NCBI GenBank assembly: GCA_030704615.1
Contig: CM060733.1
Coordinates: 72,664,001 to 72,728,000, forward strand
From: Takakia lepidozioides
Taxonomy: Eukaryota > Plantae > Bryophyta
Length of the DNA: 64,000 nt
Reading direction: 5' to 3'
Part shown: piece by piece, positions 25,522-39,470 of the stretch
Position numbering within the stretch: the first letter of the stretch is position 1
Layout: the number at the start of each line of letters is the position of its first letter
The notes under the pieces: generated by a model
Seen by the model: only the letters and a program-made list of their open reading frames with translations
The model's database searches: none
What the model was told of the DNA's origin: nothing
Translations under genes and position numbers: made by a program

Positions 25522-26181
25522 ACTCATCATCTCTCTATCTTCACTTCCGTTCTTCATCTCTGCCCGATCCCCTCTCCTCCCTGACCAAGAAGTCCTCCTC
25601 CGAATGATGTCCCTCAATTCCCCGTTTCTCCTTTATCTTCCTCTCCGCGGTTCTAACCGTTCCCTCGCTAACCGTCGTCTGTGAACTAACATGTTCCCTT
25701 CGCAGGTGTTGTTCCCCACAGTCGTTCCCTGTCCTACTCTTCGTTCCCTATGATCGTGACCGCTGTGTCAAGCTGTGACTGGTGTGCGACTGTGTTGGCT
25801 GTGTCGGGCTGTGTGACTGGCTGTGTGAAACTGTGACGGGCTGTGACTGGCTGTGCGACTATGTTTGGCTGTGTCGGGCTGTGACTGGCTGTGTCAGCTG
25901 TGTCGGCTGTGTCGGCTGTGTGCTGTGTGACGACTGTGACGGCTGTGTTGGCTGTGTTGGCTGTGACGACTGTGACGGGCTGTGTTGGCTGTGTCAGGTG
26001 TGACGACTGTGACGACTGTGACGGGCTGTGTTGGCTGTGTCTGCTGTGACGGGCTGTGTAACCCCCCTCTACAGTGCGCTGCTGTCACCCCTAAGGTTCC
26101 TCTTGGTCTCAGTCTGTGCAAAAATTAAGGGTACCCTACAGATCCCGTATAAGTGTCTAAGTCCCCGACAGTCCTCTAACA
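25522..26181 (-). repeat. Family C LTR (copy W), first ~660 bp, running into the gap
   Basis: Reverse complement of the LTR start at 30030 (TGTTAGAGGACTG), including the ACAGC-rich tandem block. Confidence 0.88.
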
Positions 26182-26756
26182 CACCTGCGAAGGGAACATG
26201 TTAGTTCACAGACGACGGTTAGTGAGGGAAACGGTTAGAACCACGGATAGAAGATAAAGGGAGAAACGGGGAATTTCGGGGGACATCATTGGAGGAGGAC
26301 TTCTTGGTCATGCAGGAGGGGATGGGGCAGAGATGAAGAACGGAAGTGAAGATAGAGAGATGATGAGTAGATGCTTGTTATATGCAAGGCTGTAATGATA
26401 TTGTAGAGCAGATTAGAGACACAATGGCTTCGGCCTGATACCTAATAAATCATAATCGGATACTTTTATGATACAATCACACGGTGGAGAGAGATCTGAG
26501 TGAAGCTGTGGAATGAATGGATGAGTTGACGGAATCCAATAGATTGATAAAGCAAACTGATACTTAATTATCAATGGTAAGGTAGTTAACATGAATGCCA
26601 AAAGGGAAACAAATAGGAAACACCCCCATGATACACTAGCTGTAGGTCATGACTGATTGTTCTGCTGGGGCCGAGTACTTAGAGATTTCCAACTCTTCTA
26701 TCTTGGAGTTTCCGCCTCGAATAGCGAAGGGATGGGTGAGTAAAAGCCGTGCGACA
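26182..26756 (+). repeat. Family C LTR (copy Z), 3' portion only
   Basis: Matches about 30390-31011 and ends GCCGTGCGACA. Confidence 0.88.
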
Positions 26757-29700
26757 GTACAAAATGAATCCCAACTACACACAGAAGGTTGGAGAAGAGA
26801 TTAAGAAGTTGGCTGAGGCTAAGTTTATAGACCCAATAGAGTATACAACTTGGTTGTCACCCATTGTTATAGTTCCCAAGAAGAATGGAAAACTAAGAGT
26901 ATGTGTGAACTACAAGAAGCTAAATGCTTGTACAAAGAAAGATCCTTTCCCTTTGCCATTCACTGAAGCAGTATTAGTCACTGTGGCAGGCCATGAGATG
27001 TACTCATTCATGGATGGCTTCAGTGGTTATAATCAAGTGCAAGTGGCAGAAGAAGACCAAGGGAAAACAGCTTTCATCACAGACTGGGGGGCTTATGCAT
27101 ACAAAGTCATGCCCTTTGGATTTTGTAATGCACCAGCGACCTTTCAGAGAGTGATAAGTGAATCTTTTCATGAGTATCTGGATGATTTCATGCAGGTATT
27201 CTTGGATGATTTCAGTGTGTACAGCTCTAAGAATGAGCACTTGCATAAATTGGAGTTATGTTTGGCCAGATGCAGGATGAGAGGTCTGGGCCTGAATCCA
27301 GAGAAGTGTACTTTCTGTGTGAACTCAGGGGTGCTTCTGGGACACATTGTGTGTAAGAAGGGACTTCTTGTGGATCCCAGAAAGACAGAGTCCATTAAAG
27401 CCTCTCCACCACCAGTGAATGTTAAAAGTCTAAGAAGATTCCTTGGGCAAACCAGTTATTACAGAAGATTTGTCAAAAGGTATGCACAAATAGCAGCACC
27501 ATTGAGCAAGCTTCTGAAGAAAGATGCAGTGTTTGCCTGGACAGCTTAATGTCAGCAGGCGTTTGAGGAACTTACACTGTCAGTAACAACTACACCTGTG
27601 CTGATTAACCCTCACTGGCATGTAGTGTTTCATGTTCACTGCGATGCATCAGGAGAAGCGTTGGGAGCGGTGTTAGCCCAGAATGTTACAGGAAATATAG
27701 ATTCACCTGTGTACTATGCTAGCAGGTTGATGAACAGTGCTGAAAGGAACTATAGCACAACGGAAAGAGAAGCATTGGCAATGATCTATGCAGTGAAGAA
27801 ATTCAGGCATTACCTGTTGGGCAAGAAGTTTATGTTCTACGTGGATCACCAGGCTCTGATATACCTGGTAAACAAACCTCTGATAAGCGGAAGAATAGCA
27901 AGATGGTTGATAATCTTGTACGAGTTTGAGTTTGAGGTTGTTTACAAGCCTGGGAGACTACATCTTGTGGCGGATCACTTGTCACGGTTATCAACAGGAG
28001 AACCAGCCACAGGAATAGATGATCAATTACCAGATGCGAGTCTTTGCAGTGGAGGTGCAGGGAAGTGCAGATGACTGGTTAGATTGGCAGTGGCCGATCA
28101 GATACTACCTTGCTCATGGTCAGTGCCCACCTAATTATGGTAAGGAGCAGAGGAAGAGAATTGCTATCAAAGCTTTACCTTATACTATGGTAGGAAGCAG
28201 AATGTATAAGCTAGGACCTGATGGAGTACTAAAACGATGCTTGTACCACCATGAAGTAAATAAAGTTTTGGAGGAAGTTCATAAAGGAGTGACTGGAGGT
28301 CATTTTGGAGAAGAGACTACCTGTAGGAAGATACTACTCGCAGGTTATTGGTGGCCTACTTTGTTCAAAGATGTACACGAGTATTGTCAGAGTTGTGATG
28401 AATGCCAGAGGCTAGGACCTTTGCAGAGATCTGGAAGGATGGCCTTGCATCCTACAATGCCTACGGAACCATTTCAGAAATGGGGACTAGACTTTGTTGG
28501 ACCGAGTAACCCACCAGCCAAGAATACACAGAACAGGTACATCATTACAGCCACTGATTATATTACGAAATGGGTGGAAGCTAAAGCTTTGAGGGACAAC
28601 ACAGCCAAGTCCACAGCAAGGTTCCTGTACGAGAACATACTTACACGATTTGGCTGTCCCTAGAATTTATCAGTGATCAGGGAAGTCACTTCATGAATGA
28701 GACCATTGAGTTGTTGACTAAAGAGTTCATGATTGTACATAGAAAAAGTACAACATATTATCCATAGGGTAATGGGCAGGCAGAGGCTACCAACAAAATA
28801 CTATGCACTATCTTGGTTAAGATAGTCAATGCAAACAGAACGGATTGGGATACAAAGCTGCTGACAGCTTTGTGGTCATACAAGACTTCCTATAAAGTCA
28901 CCACAAAGTATACACCATTCCAATTAGTTTATGGTATGGAAGCCTTACTTCCAGTGGAATTCCTGTTACCTACCATGAGAACGGAGTGGGGAAAGAGAAT
29001 GGAATTGCAAGATTCCATTAAGGTAAGGAAACATGAATTATACCATGTAGAAGAAGTACGTGCTGATGCAGCTGATAATATGACCAGAATTCAGATGAAG
29101 AGAAAGGAACAGTTTGATGAAGGCAAGTTAAAGACTTTTAAGACGGGGGATTTGGTTCTATGGTTGCAGAAGAAAGGAAAGATTAAAGCTTCTAAGCTTA
29201 AATCACCATGGAAAGGACCTTATGTCATACAAAAGATGTATGATAACAACACCGCCATGTTACAAACCATTAACAAAGAAATGCTGGGAAGGGTCAATGC
29301 CAATAAGTTAAAGGGATACAGTGGTATCCATGACAAACCATTGCAGCATGATTTGCATGTTGAAATGCAAGAGCAGTCACGGGCTGCACCAGTGTTACCA
29401 ACGGAGTATGGAGCACTTGTTGCTAGGCCAAGCATATATGACCAGGGCGGGCAGACAAGGCGAAACACAGCCTATCACAGCCCAGTACAACGCAACACAG
29501 CCTATCACAGCCCATCACAACGTGACACAGCCTATCACAGCCCAGCACGGCGCAACACAGCCTATCACAACCTACCACAACGTGTCACAGCCTATCACAG
29601 CTTACCACAGTGCATCACAGCCTATCACAGCGTACCACAGTATGACACAGCCTGTCACAGCTCAACACAGCCTACTAGGATTCCACAAAAAGTTCGAAAA

Positions 29701-29787
29701 TTAAAACACCTGAGAGGCGATGAGGATTCTGATACAACTGGTTCTTCAGCGGATTCTTTTGACATGGGAGAAGACTATGCAATTTAG
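26757..29787 (+). pseudogene. pol (RT-RNaseH-integrase) of non-chromovirus gypsy family C, copy Y
   Basis: [45 protein letters not shown] and WKGPY motifs. Confidence 0.92.
29460..29672 (+). repeat. 30-bp coding tandem repeat (about 7 units of xTAYHSPxQR)
   Basis: Repeated cacagcctatcacagc in the integrase C-terminal extension. Confidence 0.9.
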
Positions 29788-30029
29788 ATGGCAGAGAAGA
29801 AGCGACGGGGGTCTCCTATGCCTGAAAGGCTACCTCGATATCAGCCTCCAGAGGGCCTCACTTATCCAGGAAGAGTTCAAACATCTCTGTCAACCAGTGA
29901 CAGACCTCGGGCTCGTACACACAGTCCACCACGAAACTCTCAACGTCAGAAAGGTGCTCACTCACAAAGGTTTTCTAATCGCAATCAGTAAACCGTGGGG
30001 ACACGACTTTTCGAGAGGGGAAGGGGTAA

Positions 30030-31011
30030 TGTTAGAGGACTGTTTGGGACTTAGACACTTATACGGGATCTGTAGGGTACCCTTAATTTTAGCACAGACT
30101 GAGACCTACAGGAGCCTTAGGGCTGACAGCAGCGCACTGTAGAGGGGGTTACACAGCCCGTCACAGTCGTCACAGCCGACACAGCCATCACAGCCAACAC
30201 AGCCCGTCACAGTCGTCACAGCCGACACAGCCAGACACAGTCAGCGCAGCCCGTCACAGCCAACACAGCCACACAGCCAGTCACAGCCCGATACAACCGT
30301 CATAGTTTCAGACAGCCAGTCACAGCTTGACACAACTGTCACGATCATAGGGAACGGAGAGCAGGATAGGGAACAACTGTGGGGAACAACACCTGCAAAT
30401 GGAACATGTTATTTCACGGCCGACGGTTAGTGAAGGAAACGGTTAGAGCCACGGGTAGGAAGATAAAGCGAGAAGCAAGGATGGAGAAGGGGGCTTTTTG
30501 GGGGGATTGTTCGAGGGATCAATCTTGGAAGCACTGGAGGAGGAGGATTCTTGATCATGCATGAGAGGAGATCGGGCGGAGAGCAAGATCGGAGAGCACG
30601 GTGAAGGAGGGAAGATGATTAGGAGATGATTGTTATATGCAAAGCTGTAGTGATATTGTAGAGCAGATTAGAGACACAATGGCTTCGGCCTGATACCTGA
30701 TAAATCATAATCTGATACTTATACGATACAATCACACTGTGTAGAGAGATCTGAGTGAAGCTCTGGAATGAATTGATGAGTTGATGGAATCCGATAGATT
30801 GATGAAGCAAACTGATACTTAATTATCAATGGTAAGGTAGCTAACATGAATGCGGAAAGGGAAACAAATAGGAAACACCCCCATGATACACTAGCTGTAG
30901 GTCATGACTGATTGTTCTGCGCGGGCTGAGTACTTAGAGATTTCCAACTCTTCTATCTTGGAGTTTCCGCCTCGGATAGCGAAGGGATGGGTGAGTAAAA
31001 GCCGCGCGACA
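30030..31011 (+). repeat. 3' LTR of copy Y, with PPT gagaggggaagggg at 30013-30026
   Basis: TG..CA, 982 bp, adjacent PPT. Confidence 0.92.
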
Positions 31012-33517
31012 CACATGTGCTCAAATTGGCTAATGTGTACATCGGGATCCCCTTTTCCTGAATATATTGGAAAGGGTGGTTTTGCCCGTGTTGGTTGTAA
31101 CGCCATATGTGGCCCTACCTTCTGCCCACTGACAGGTGCTGGCACCCTTGCTGGTGTTGGTCCTTCTGGACCTGTTGTTTTTGTGGTGGATCTTCCACCA
31201 AGTGGTGGCCCTTGAGCACTCCCTGCTTCTGGCCCCACGATATTCACAGTATTCCCAGCTTCAGTTGCACTACTTCCCACACTCCCTGTCCCCCCAGAGC
31301 CAGATCCAGGCCGCCCGCCTGATCCCCCTGAGCCGACACCTTCGTTGGCCTGTGATCCAAGTGCTCCACTTGATCCAGGTCCAACGGGTTGGGATGTCCT
31401 GGTTGTAGTCTCAACCTCAGCTGTGGGTCTACTTCTTCATATTCTTCCTCTTCCAATTTCTTCTCTCTGTTTTCATCCTCCAAGTTCTGCCCTTGGGTTT
31501 CTTCTTCACTCATGTAACTCAACTGTAATGGTGTTGGAGAGTCTGAACTCTCCGTTGGCTCTGCCACATCCTCTCCTCCTTCTTCACCTCCCGCTTCAGA
31601 AACTGGAGTTCCTGCTTTTGGTGTTCCATGCCAACTCTTATCAAAGATTTCTGTCAAATCTTTTATCCAGGGATGTACCTCAGATCTTTCACCTCGTGAT
31701 TGATCTTCTTCCTGTACCAATTCCCTTAATCTTTCTTGCAAAGAAACAGAAGGAGTGGCATCCAACTCTAGTTCTTCCGGTATGGGTGATGTACTCTTTG
31801 ATCTTAATGGTGTGAGAGGTCCAGATGATTCCCCTATGTCTATTCCTCTCTCCCAAAGATATGGATAATTAGCTTTCAGATAGCTTTCTCTTTTTGCTGA
31901 ATATCTCTGGCGTCTAGCTTCTCTTTCATCACTCATGTCCCATGTCTTTCATTTCTTTTTAATGTGGCAATAATCAAAACTCTCTTCTGTAATATCTCTC
32001 GTATATGCCTGGGTTTCTTTCAAGCTTCAATGCACCCTTGGCTATACTTGAAGTCTCCGTTACCATATAACCATATGGCAAACAAGTCTGGAAAGCTGTT
32101 CTTGGTGTGAGTTTGATCCACAAAATATCCTTTGGAATCCAATTCTTTACAGTACAAGCTCTTCATGCATATGAGTATAAACATTCACTTTTCTTTCTTC
32201 CCAGCCTTCAAACTCTACTCGCTTAATGGATTGCAATGCTATCACATAAACCAACGTTGGTAACCAACGTGCTCTTCCTCTACAGGCTACTTGATAAATC
32301 TTTATCACTCCTTTCTCCAGACCCCATTCCGGATCAGCATCATGCACTCGCTTAAGAATATTTTCTTTACAACCGTCTGGCAATTCCAAGAACCTTTGAA
32401 AGAATTGTTTGGACAATCTTTCTTCCTTCGTTCCACATGGAATTTGATTCACTTCAAATTCTTTAATGGTCCAACCACCATGATCCCACCAGATGCCTGT
32501 CACATCTGGTTGTTCATGACTCAGTTCCCCAGTATGGTCGCCAAATGTCGCGCGGCTTTTACTCACCCATCCCTTCGCTATCCGAGGCGGAAACTCCAAG
32601 ATAGAAGAGTTGGAAATCTCTAAGTACTCAGCCCGCTCATAACAATCAGTCATGACCTACAGCTAGTGTATCATGGGGGTGTTTCCTATTTGTTTCCCTT
32701 TCCACATTCATGTTAGCTACCTTACCATTGATAATTAAGTATCAGTTTGCTTCATCAATCTATCGGATTCCTTCAACTCATCCATTCATTCCACAGCTTC
32801 ACTCAGATCTCTCTACACAGTGTGATTGTATCGTATAAGTATCAGATTATGATTTATCAGGTATCAGGCCGAAGCCATTGTGTCTCTAATCTGCTTTACA
32901 ATATCACTACAGCTTTGCATATAACAAGCATCTGCTTATCATCTCTCCTCCTTCACCGTGCTCTCCATGCTTGCTTCCGTTCTTGCTCTCCGCCCGATCC
33001 CCTCTCTTCCTTGACCAAGAAGTCTTCCCCCTGATGTGCTTCCAAGAATAATCCCCCCTTCTCAGTCCTTGCTTCTCTCTTTATCTTCCTACCCGTGGCT
33101 CTAACCGTTTCCCTCACTAACCGTCGTTCGTGAACTAACATGTTCCATTGCAGGTGTTGTTCCCACAGTCGTTCCCTGTCCTGCTCTCCGTTCCCTATGG
33201 TCGTGACAGCTGTGTCAAGCTGTGACTGGCTGTGTGAAACTGTGACGGGCTGTGACTGGTTGTGCGACTGTGTTTGGCTGTGTCGTGCTGTGACTGGCTG
33301 TGTGGCTGTGTCGGCTGTGACGGGCTGTGTTGGCTGTGATGGCTGTGTCGGCTGTGACGACTGTGACGGGCTGTGTTGGCTGTGTTGGACTGTGTAACCC
33401 CCTTTTACAGTGTGCTGTTGTCACCCCTAAGGCTCCTGTTGATCTCAGTCTGTGCAAAAATTAAGGGTACCCTACAGATCCCGTATAAGTGTCTAAGTCC
33501 CAGACAGTCTTCTAACA
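31012..33517 (-). mobile_element. 5' part of family C copy X: LTR 32546-33517, PBS 32526-32543, gag N-terminus
   Basis: Inverted LTR copy; PBS TGGCGACCATACTGGGGA (tRNA-Arg-like); gag motif FPIYSGKGDPDVHISQFE truncated at 31012. Confidence 0.88.
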
Positions 33518-33530
33518 AGTAGTTGTGGCA

Positions 33531-36500
33531 ATTGGGCCAGAAATACTCTTTCTTCAAGAGTGCCGCAGTGCGCTTGGCTATGCCGTGGCCCGCAACCGGG
33601 CTATCATGGCATTCTCTCAAGAGGCTATCTCTGATCCCTCCCTTTGGCACGTAGAGACGCTTTTGCTTATATCGGAGCAGTCCATTTTGCAAGTGGAACT
33701 GCGATTTAACCCCCATCCTCAAGTCCTGCATCACGGACTTCGCCAGCTCATCCTTCCGGCAAGCCTTCCGGATCTTCCTTTGGAGCGATGTCTCGCCCCT
33801 GTACACCAACATGAGCTGCTGCTTTCTACTTAAAGCATCGGCCACCACGTTGTCCCGCCCCGGTTTGTACTGGATATCCACGTCGAACACCGCCAAAGTA
33901 TCTTGCCACCTAAGTTGTTTTGGGGACAACTTGGGCTGCGTGGCAAAATACTTCACCGTGACATTGTCCGTGAACACCTTCACTGGGTTGGAACCAACAT
34001 AGTGGCGCCAAAGCTCAAGACAGTGCACCACCGCCTTCATCTCTTTCTCATGCGTTGGCCACCGTCGCTCCACTTCATTCAGTTTCTTACTTTCGTAAGC
34101 CACTGGACGCCCATCTTGCATCAGTACACCCCCAATCGCGAAGTCCGACGCATCTGTATGAATCTCGAACGGACGATCGAACTCTGGGATTTTCAAGACT
34201 GGAGCTTTCGCCATCCGCTGATTCAATTCAGCAAAAGCTTGGCCACAAAAGGTGTTCCATGCCCAGACTTTGGATTTACACAGAAGGTCTGACAGCGGCC
34301 CCGTGATCTTGGCGAAATATCTCACATACTTCCGATAATAGGAGGCGAGTCCTAGGAAGGATCGCACTCCCGGGACCGAAGTCGGAGGCTCCCAGTCCAA
34401 GATTGCCCTCACCTTCCTGTCATCCATTCTGATCCCATCATATGTAATCACATGCCCCAGGAACTCCACTTTTGTGACCCCGAATTCGCACTTTGAAGCT
34501 TTGGCATACAGCTTCCCTTCCCGCAATTTCTGGAACACCCTTTTGAGGTGCTCCAGGTGCTCCTCCTTTGTTTTCGAATACACCAAGATGTCGTCGATGT
34601 ACACGATCACAAAGTCATCCAACCACTCCTAGAAAAGGCTGTTCATCAGCGTGCTAAAGGTTGCGGGAGCGTTGGTAAGTCCAAAAGGCATCACCAAGAA
34701 CTCATATAAACCATACCTTGTCCTGCACGCGGTCTTCTCCTCATCTCCTTCCGCCACTCGAATTTGATGATAGCCGGAGCGCAGATCGATCCGGCTGAAA
34801 TACTTTGCTCCTGCCAACCGATCGAAAAGGTCATCGATCCTTGGCAAAGGGTACCGGTTTTTGATAGTCACCTTATTCAAAGCCCTGTAATCGACACACA
34901 TCCGCAGCGTCCCATCCTTCTTGTCTGCGAATAGCACCGGGGCTCCGTAAGGTGACTTACTCGGCCGGATGTATCCCTTTGACATTAGATCTTTGAGCTG
35001 TGTCTTCAGCTCGACCAACTCTCTGTGGCTCAACCGGTAGGGCACCTTGGCAGGCGGTTCCGATCCCGGTAACACCTCAATCTTGTGGTCAACTCCTCTT
35101 CGCGGTGGCAAGCCGCTTGGTAAATCCTCCGGCATCACATCCTGGTATTTCTACAAAATCCCCTTGATCCAATCTGGGGTCGGCTCCCCATCGCCTTCTC
35201 CCTTCACTTCTCTAATGTAGAGCAAAAACTGGGGCTCGTGTGCCTCCTCCACGGCCCACTCCCTTGCTGACAGAAGGTTTATTCGCCCTCCACGGGTTTG
35301 GGCGTTTCCGACACTCGTAAGACCTCGCCACCATTCCCACATGGCAGCGTGACTACTCTCTTGCGGCCATCTATGACCGCTCCGGATTTGCTCAAAAAGG
35401 TCATCCCCAAAATGAGGTCCACTCCATTGATCTCGCAGATGGTGAAGTTCTCACGTCCCTCCCAACTCCCCAGTTGAAGAGGAACATCAAACACCAACCT
35501 TGTCGTCAATTGCGGTTCTCCTTTGGCAGAACGCACCTCAATAGAGGCCCCCACGTCACTTGTCGGGAGTCCCAGCTTTTGTGCCGTTGCCGGTGTCATG
35601 AAGGAGTGCGACGCTCCTGTGTCCACCAACAACGACACGATAGTTCCGGATATTATCCCATCCACGAACAATAACTGACTCCCTTTACGTAAGGCGCCAT
35701 TTTCCTGATACAACTCACAAGAAAATTTTCCTACCTTGCAAGCCCTGACGACCACCGCTTCCACCAAGCGACTGATGGTATCTTCTGACAGCTCTGTGGT
35801 CGCCCGAGTCATGTTCAATTGCGGGGAGCCCGGGCACTTCTTAGCCATCAAAGGTCGCCTTCTGTCCGCTCCACCCGCTTTTCCTTTCGAAGCACCGGGT
35901 GCCGCCTTGACTTGTGATGGCCCTCCCTTTGATTTCCACGTGCCATTGTCGCCGCGTGGCCTATCCCACTTCTTTTTCGGTCGGAAGGAGTCACCTTCCC
36001 GCCGGGTCTTCTTGTGGTTCAGCTCCGTACGGCCTTGTCTTTCACCCCTAGGGACATCGGAGAAACATTCAGCCCTCTCAATTGCCTCGTTCAAAGTCTT
36101 AGGTGGCTTCTCCTCCAACTTCCGCCTGGCCCATGGGGCCAGTCCCGCCACAAAGTTGAAGACCATTTCTGGTTCTGCCATGTCCGCGACTTCGAGCAAC
36201 AACACATTGAAAGCCTGGACATATCCCCGAATGTCATCTGTTTGCTTCAAATTCCTCATCTTGTCCCGGGCGAGCCAGGACGCGTTGAGGGGCACAAATT
36301 GCCTCTTCATCAATTCCTTGAACCCACTCCAGTTCAAGGTTTCCGGGCTTGGACCTAGGTGGGAGCCACTTCCACCTGATCCTCGTCACTCAACTTGGCC
36401 GCCCAGAAGTACTGCTCTAGCTCCAAGAGCCAGGTGTTGAGTGCCTTCCGATTTCGGACGCCCTCGAAGGTGCCGGGTTCCTTAGGCTTCACCTTAAACT

Positions 36501-37329
36501 TTGCCTTAGTGGAAGTGGCATTAGCCGCCTTCAACACGTCTTTCAATGTCCCGCCAAATTGCGCCAACAACCCTTCCCAAAAGGCTGCCGGCATGGGAGG
36601 CATCTGTCGGTCGGTCGGAGCTCTCAGGGATTCCTTAGGCTCTGACTCCTCAGATTCCTCCCGCTGTTGAGCGGCCTCGTTTTCGGAAACATGCATCGCT
36701 TCCTCAAACGGCCGCCTCGGTGACACGTCGCTCCCATCGGGCTCACCAGGATCATCATCTTTTGGGCCGTTCCGCTTTCGCTTTGGCTTGCCCGACCCCA
36801 TGATGAGGCCAATCCCAAGGACGATCGCGTATTGAACTCTAAGCTCTGATACCAAGTGTCACGCACCTCACTTCGGTAAGCTCCCCCCTTAAGTCATAGT
36901 TACTCGCTTGATGCGCGCGCCTAACTCCCAACCTGGCCGCCGGGCCAACTTGGAGCTCCGGCTGCTTACCGGGGCATAACGGTCCCCCTTTGATCTCCCA
37001 AAGAACCCTCCAACGGTTTGGAACCAGCGGAATTCCCTTTGGTAGTTGGCAGTCCGGAACAGCTCCCCACTCTTTGGTCGCTTGCCGGCTCGCTCGCTTA
37101 CTCACTAGTTTTTGGTCACCAACGGGCTTGCACCGTTCTCGGGGTTACTACTCCCTATATACACTTCTGTAGCTGTCCGCGGGGGTTTCACAAACAACCA
37201 TGCCATTTTATGGCAAACCACCACGAACACCCTCAACTCCCGGTGATGACTCGCGGTGAGTCTTGGCCCACCCACCACGGCCCCTATGGACCGTGATGAG
37301 TCCCAAGACTCCCCACGACTCCCATCACG
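33531..37329 (-). mobile_element. Truncated copy B2 of the chromovirus family: partial 5' LTR 36857-37329, PBS 36843-36854, gag-PR-RT-RH
   Basis: High similarity to B1; YIDDILVYS; LLVDTGASHSF; ends at EYFWP before the integrase core. Confidence 0.92.
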
Positions 37330-37330
37330 A

Positions 37331-39470
37331 GGTGTGGCTGCAGATATGGAACTCCGATCCCACAGTTAGGGATACCCACATGTTCCCAAGGCCGGAGAAA
37401 GAGAAGAAGACCCAGCGTGTCATTCCTGTCAGTGACAATGTGCTGGACACCTGGCTTCACAAGGCCACTTACTGGAGCCAGGTGTGATGTCCTTCCCTGT
37501 GTCACTGTCTTTTCTCTTTTCCTGTCCTTATCTTTCTATTGCCTCTTACATTCGCTGTGATTGCTTTTGGGTTCATTCTTGCATTTGTATTGTTTTGCAG
37601 TTGGAAGAAAGGGCCAGATCGGTTCTGCATGCTCAGCTGGCTGACTATGGCATCAGTATGATAGCACCGAAGGTGTCCTTCGAAGCATACATGAGGAAAT
37701 GGAGAGCCACAGTGTGGCACTCTTGTTTCTTTAGAGAGTTCAGCAAGGAGGGTGGCATCAGTCGAACAAATGAGCTGGACCAGCAAGAAAAAGGAGAGGA
37801 AGCCTGGAAACGATGCCTTTACAGGTGCACACTCTTGCACTACTTATTTGTGCTGTGGTTGCAATGTGTTGTGTGGCATACTTTTGAAGGAGGTCTTCCT
37901 GGTGTGATGGAAAAGTTGCCACACAATATTTCCATTGTAAAATGAGGCTGTCTCTGTTGCTGCAGGTACATAAAGTTTGTTCTCCTAGAAGAGAATTGCC
38001 TGGAGAAACATCCGGATTTCGTGGACCTGTGGCTTGTCCCTGCTGGCAACCAGACCATGTTTACTACTGGGATCTTGCATGACTGGGGCCCAGACCATCT
38101 TTCTTCTTGTGGTTGGTATTTGGATTGCCCTCCTTCTGAGACCCCAGCTCCAGAGGTGTCTTTGAGGAGAGAGAATGACCGTATTGCAGCCACTGCCGCA
38201 GCAGCCGACCTCGACATTCATGAACGTAATTTGAGGACTCTTGCAGAGAAGGAGCCTCCCGCTCAGGATACCCCAGGTAGAGGAAGAAAGGCAAAGGGAA
38301 AAGATGTTGCTGGTGTTGTTGGAAGGGAAGGGGTAGAGGGAAGGTGGCACAAGGCAGGGAAGTGTTGCAGATATTGGCCCTGTGGAGCATGTCCAGCAGA
38401 CTCCACCGCATGGTAGGGGATCCGGGAGAAAAAACAAGGGGGTGGTTGATCCCAAGGACCCGTACCATGCAGTGGAACATCCCACGAGGGTCATTCGCCC
38501 AACCAGGTTGGAGATGGCCAACGTCGGGTTCCTTGCCATGATGGAGTCGAAGAAATCTGATTACAAGGGCGAGCCATCACCAGTGTGGGACAGGATTGTG
38601 CAGTTCCTCAGCACGGTGCGTGTTCTCTTTGGGTTCTGTGGCTTCTGTTGTTTTTGTCTGCTGTGGGCATGGATCGTTTCTAAACTTGTGAGAATTCCAT
38701 TGTATTTTTGTTTGCAGGCTAAAATGACCAAATCCTGGGTGAACGGGAAGGAGAAGCCATATGCAGCCGAACTCATCATCTTGGACATCCCTGATGGGTT
38801 GGCAGTCCCGGATATCCCTCCATCGGGTGCTTGTCCGGGTTGGAATGCTTTTGATGAGCGCTACTGGCGGTGGGTTTTCTCCTTTTGCAACTTCTTCCTG
38901 TCCGATGCAGGTGTTTTGGTGCTCATCCAGTCCATCGACGGTCGGTGTCGCCGTGCACTTTCCAGCTATTTGAAAGCCTCGGGCATGAGAGTCGTGAAGA
39001 CATGGAATTGTGTGAACAGCATGTACCTTACGAAGGGGGATCGTCCGGAGAGATGGTGAGTTTGCCTTCTTCTTCCTCTTCTTGGTTGTTCTCGGATGGG
39101 GTTGTATAGGTCGCTCGAACTCATATGTAGGGGCCCGATTTTTTTTTGCTTCTTAGTTCCTTGTGGATGTCATGATCACAGACTCGTCTATTTGAAGCTG
39201 TTTGTCTCGTCCGGGTGCATCCACAAACGACTCCGGCCGGCATTACCAAATTTGCCATCACTCATGGGGCCAAGTTCATAGATGACAGGACAGATCCCCC
39301 CACGGATGACATGCATCACAACTACGTCGACAGCAACGTGTGCTTGCGAAGGGGGAATGGGGTTCCTTGGAGAGGGGCGAGGGAGAGGAGCCCGGCTTTC
39401 ATTCAAACGATTGTGGAGTGCTGCACCTACACAAACGCCAGAGTTCTGGATTTGTCGATGGGCACAGGTT
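37331..39470 (+). pseudogene. Spliced, decayed gene with a C-terminal beta-class amino (N6A/N4C) DNA methyltransferase-like domain
   Basis: GT-AG introns at 37482-37600, 37825-37965, 38616-38717, 39056-39181 and 39468-39574. Motif IV-like ELIILDIPDG, motif VI-like FLSDAGVLVLI, motif X/I-like WRGARERSPAFIQTIVECCTYTNARVLDLSMGTG. About 2 frameshifts. Confidence 0.65.

Noticed and set aside
24948-25617. Long ORFs across the gap
   Set aside because: Artefacts of the N run.
25782-26003. Cys-rich metallothionein-like ORFs (also 33140-33397)
   Set aside because: Translations of the LTR tandem repeat.
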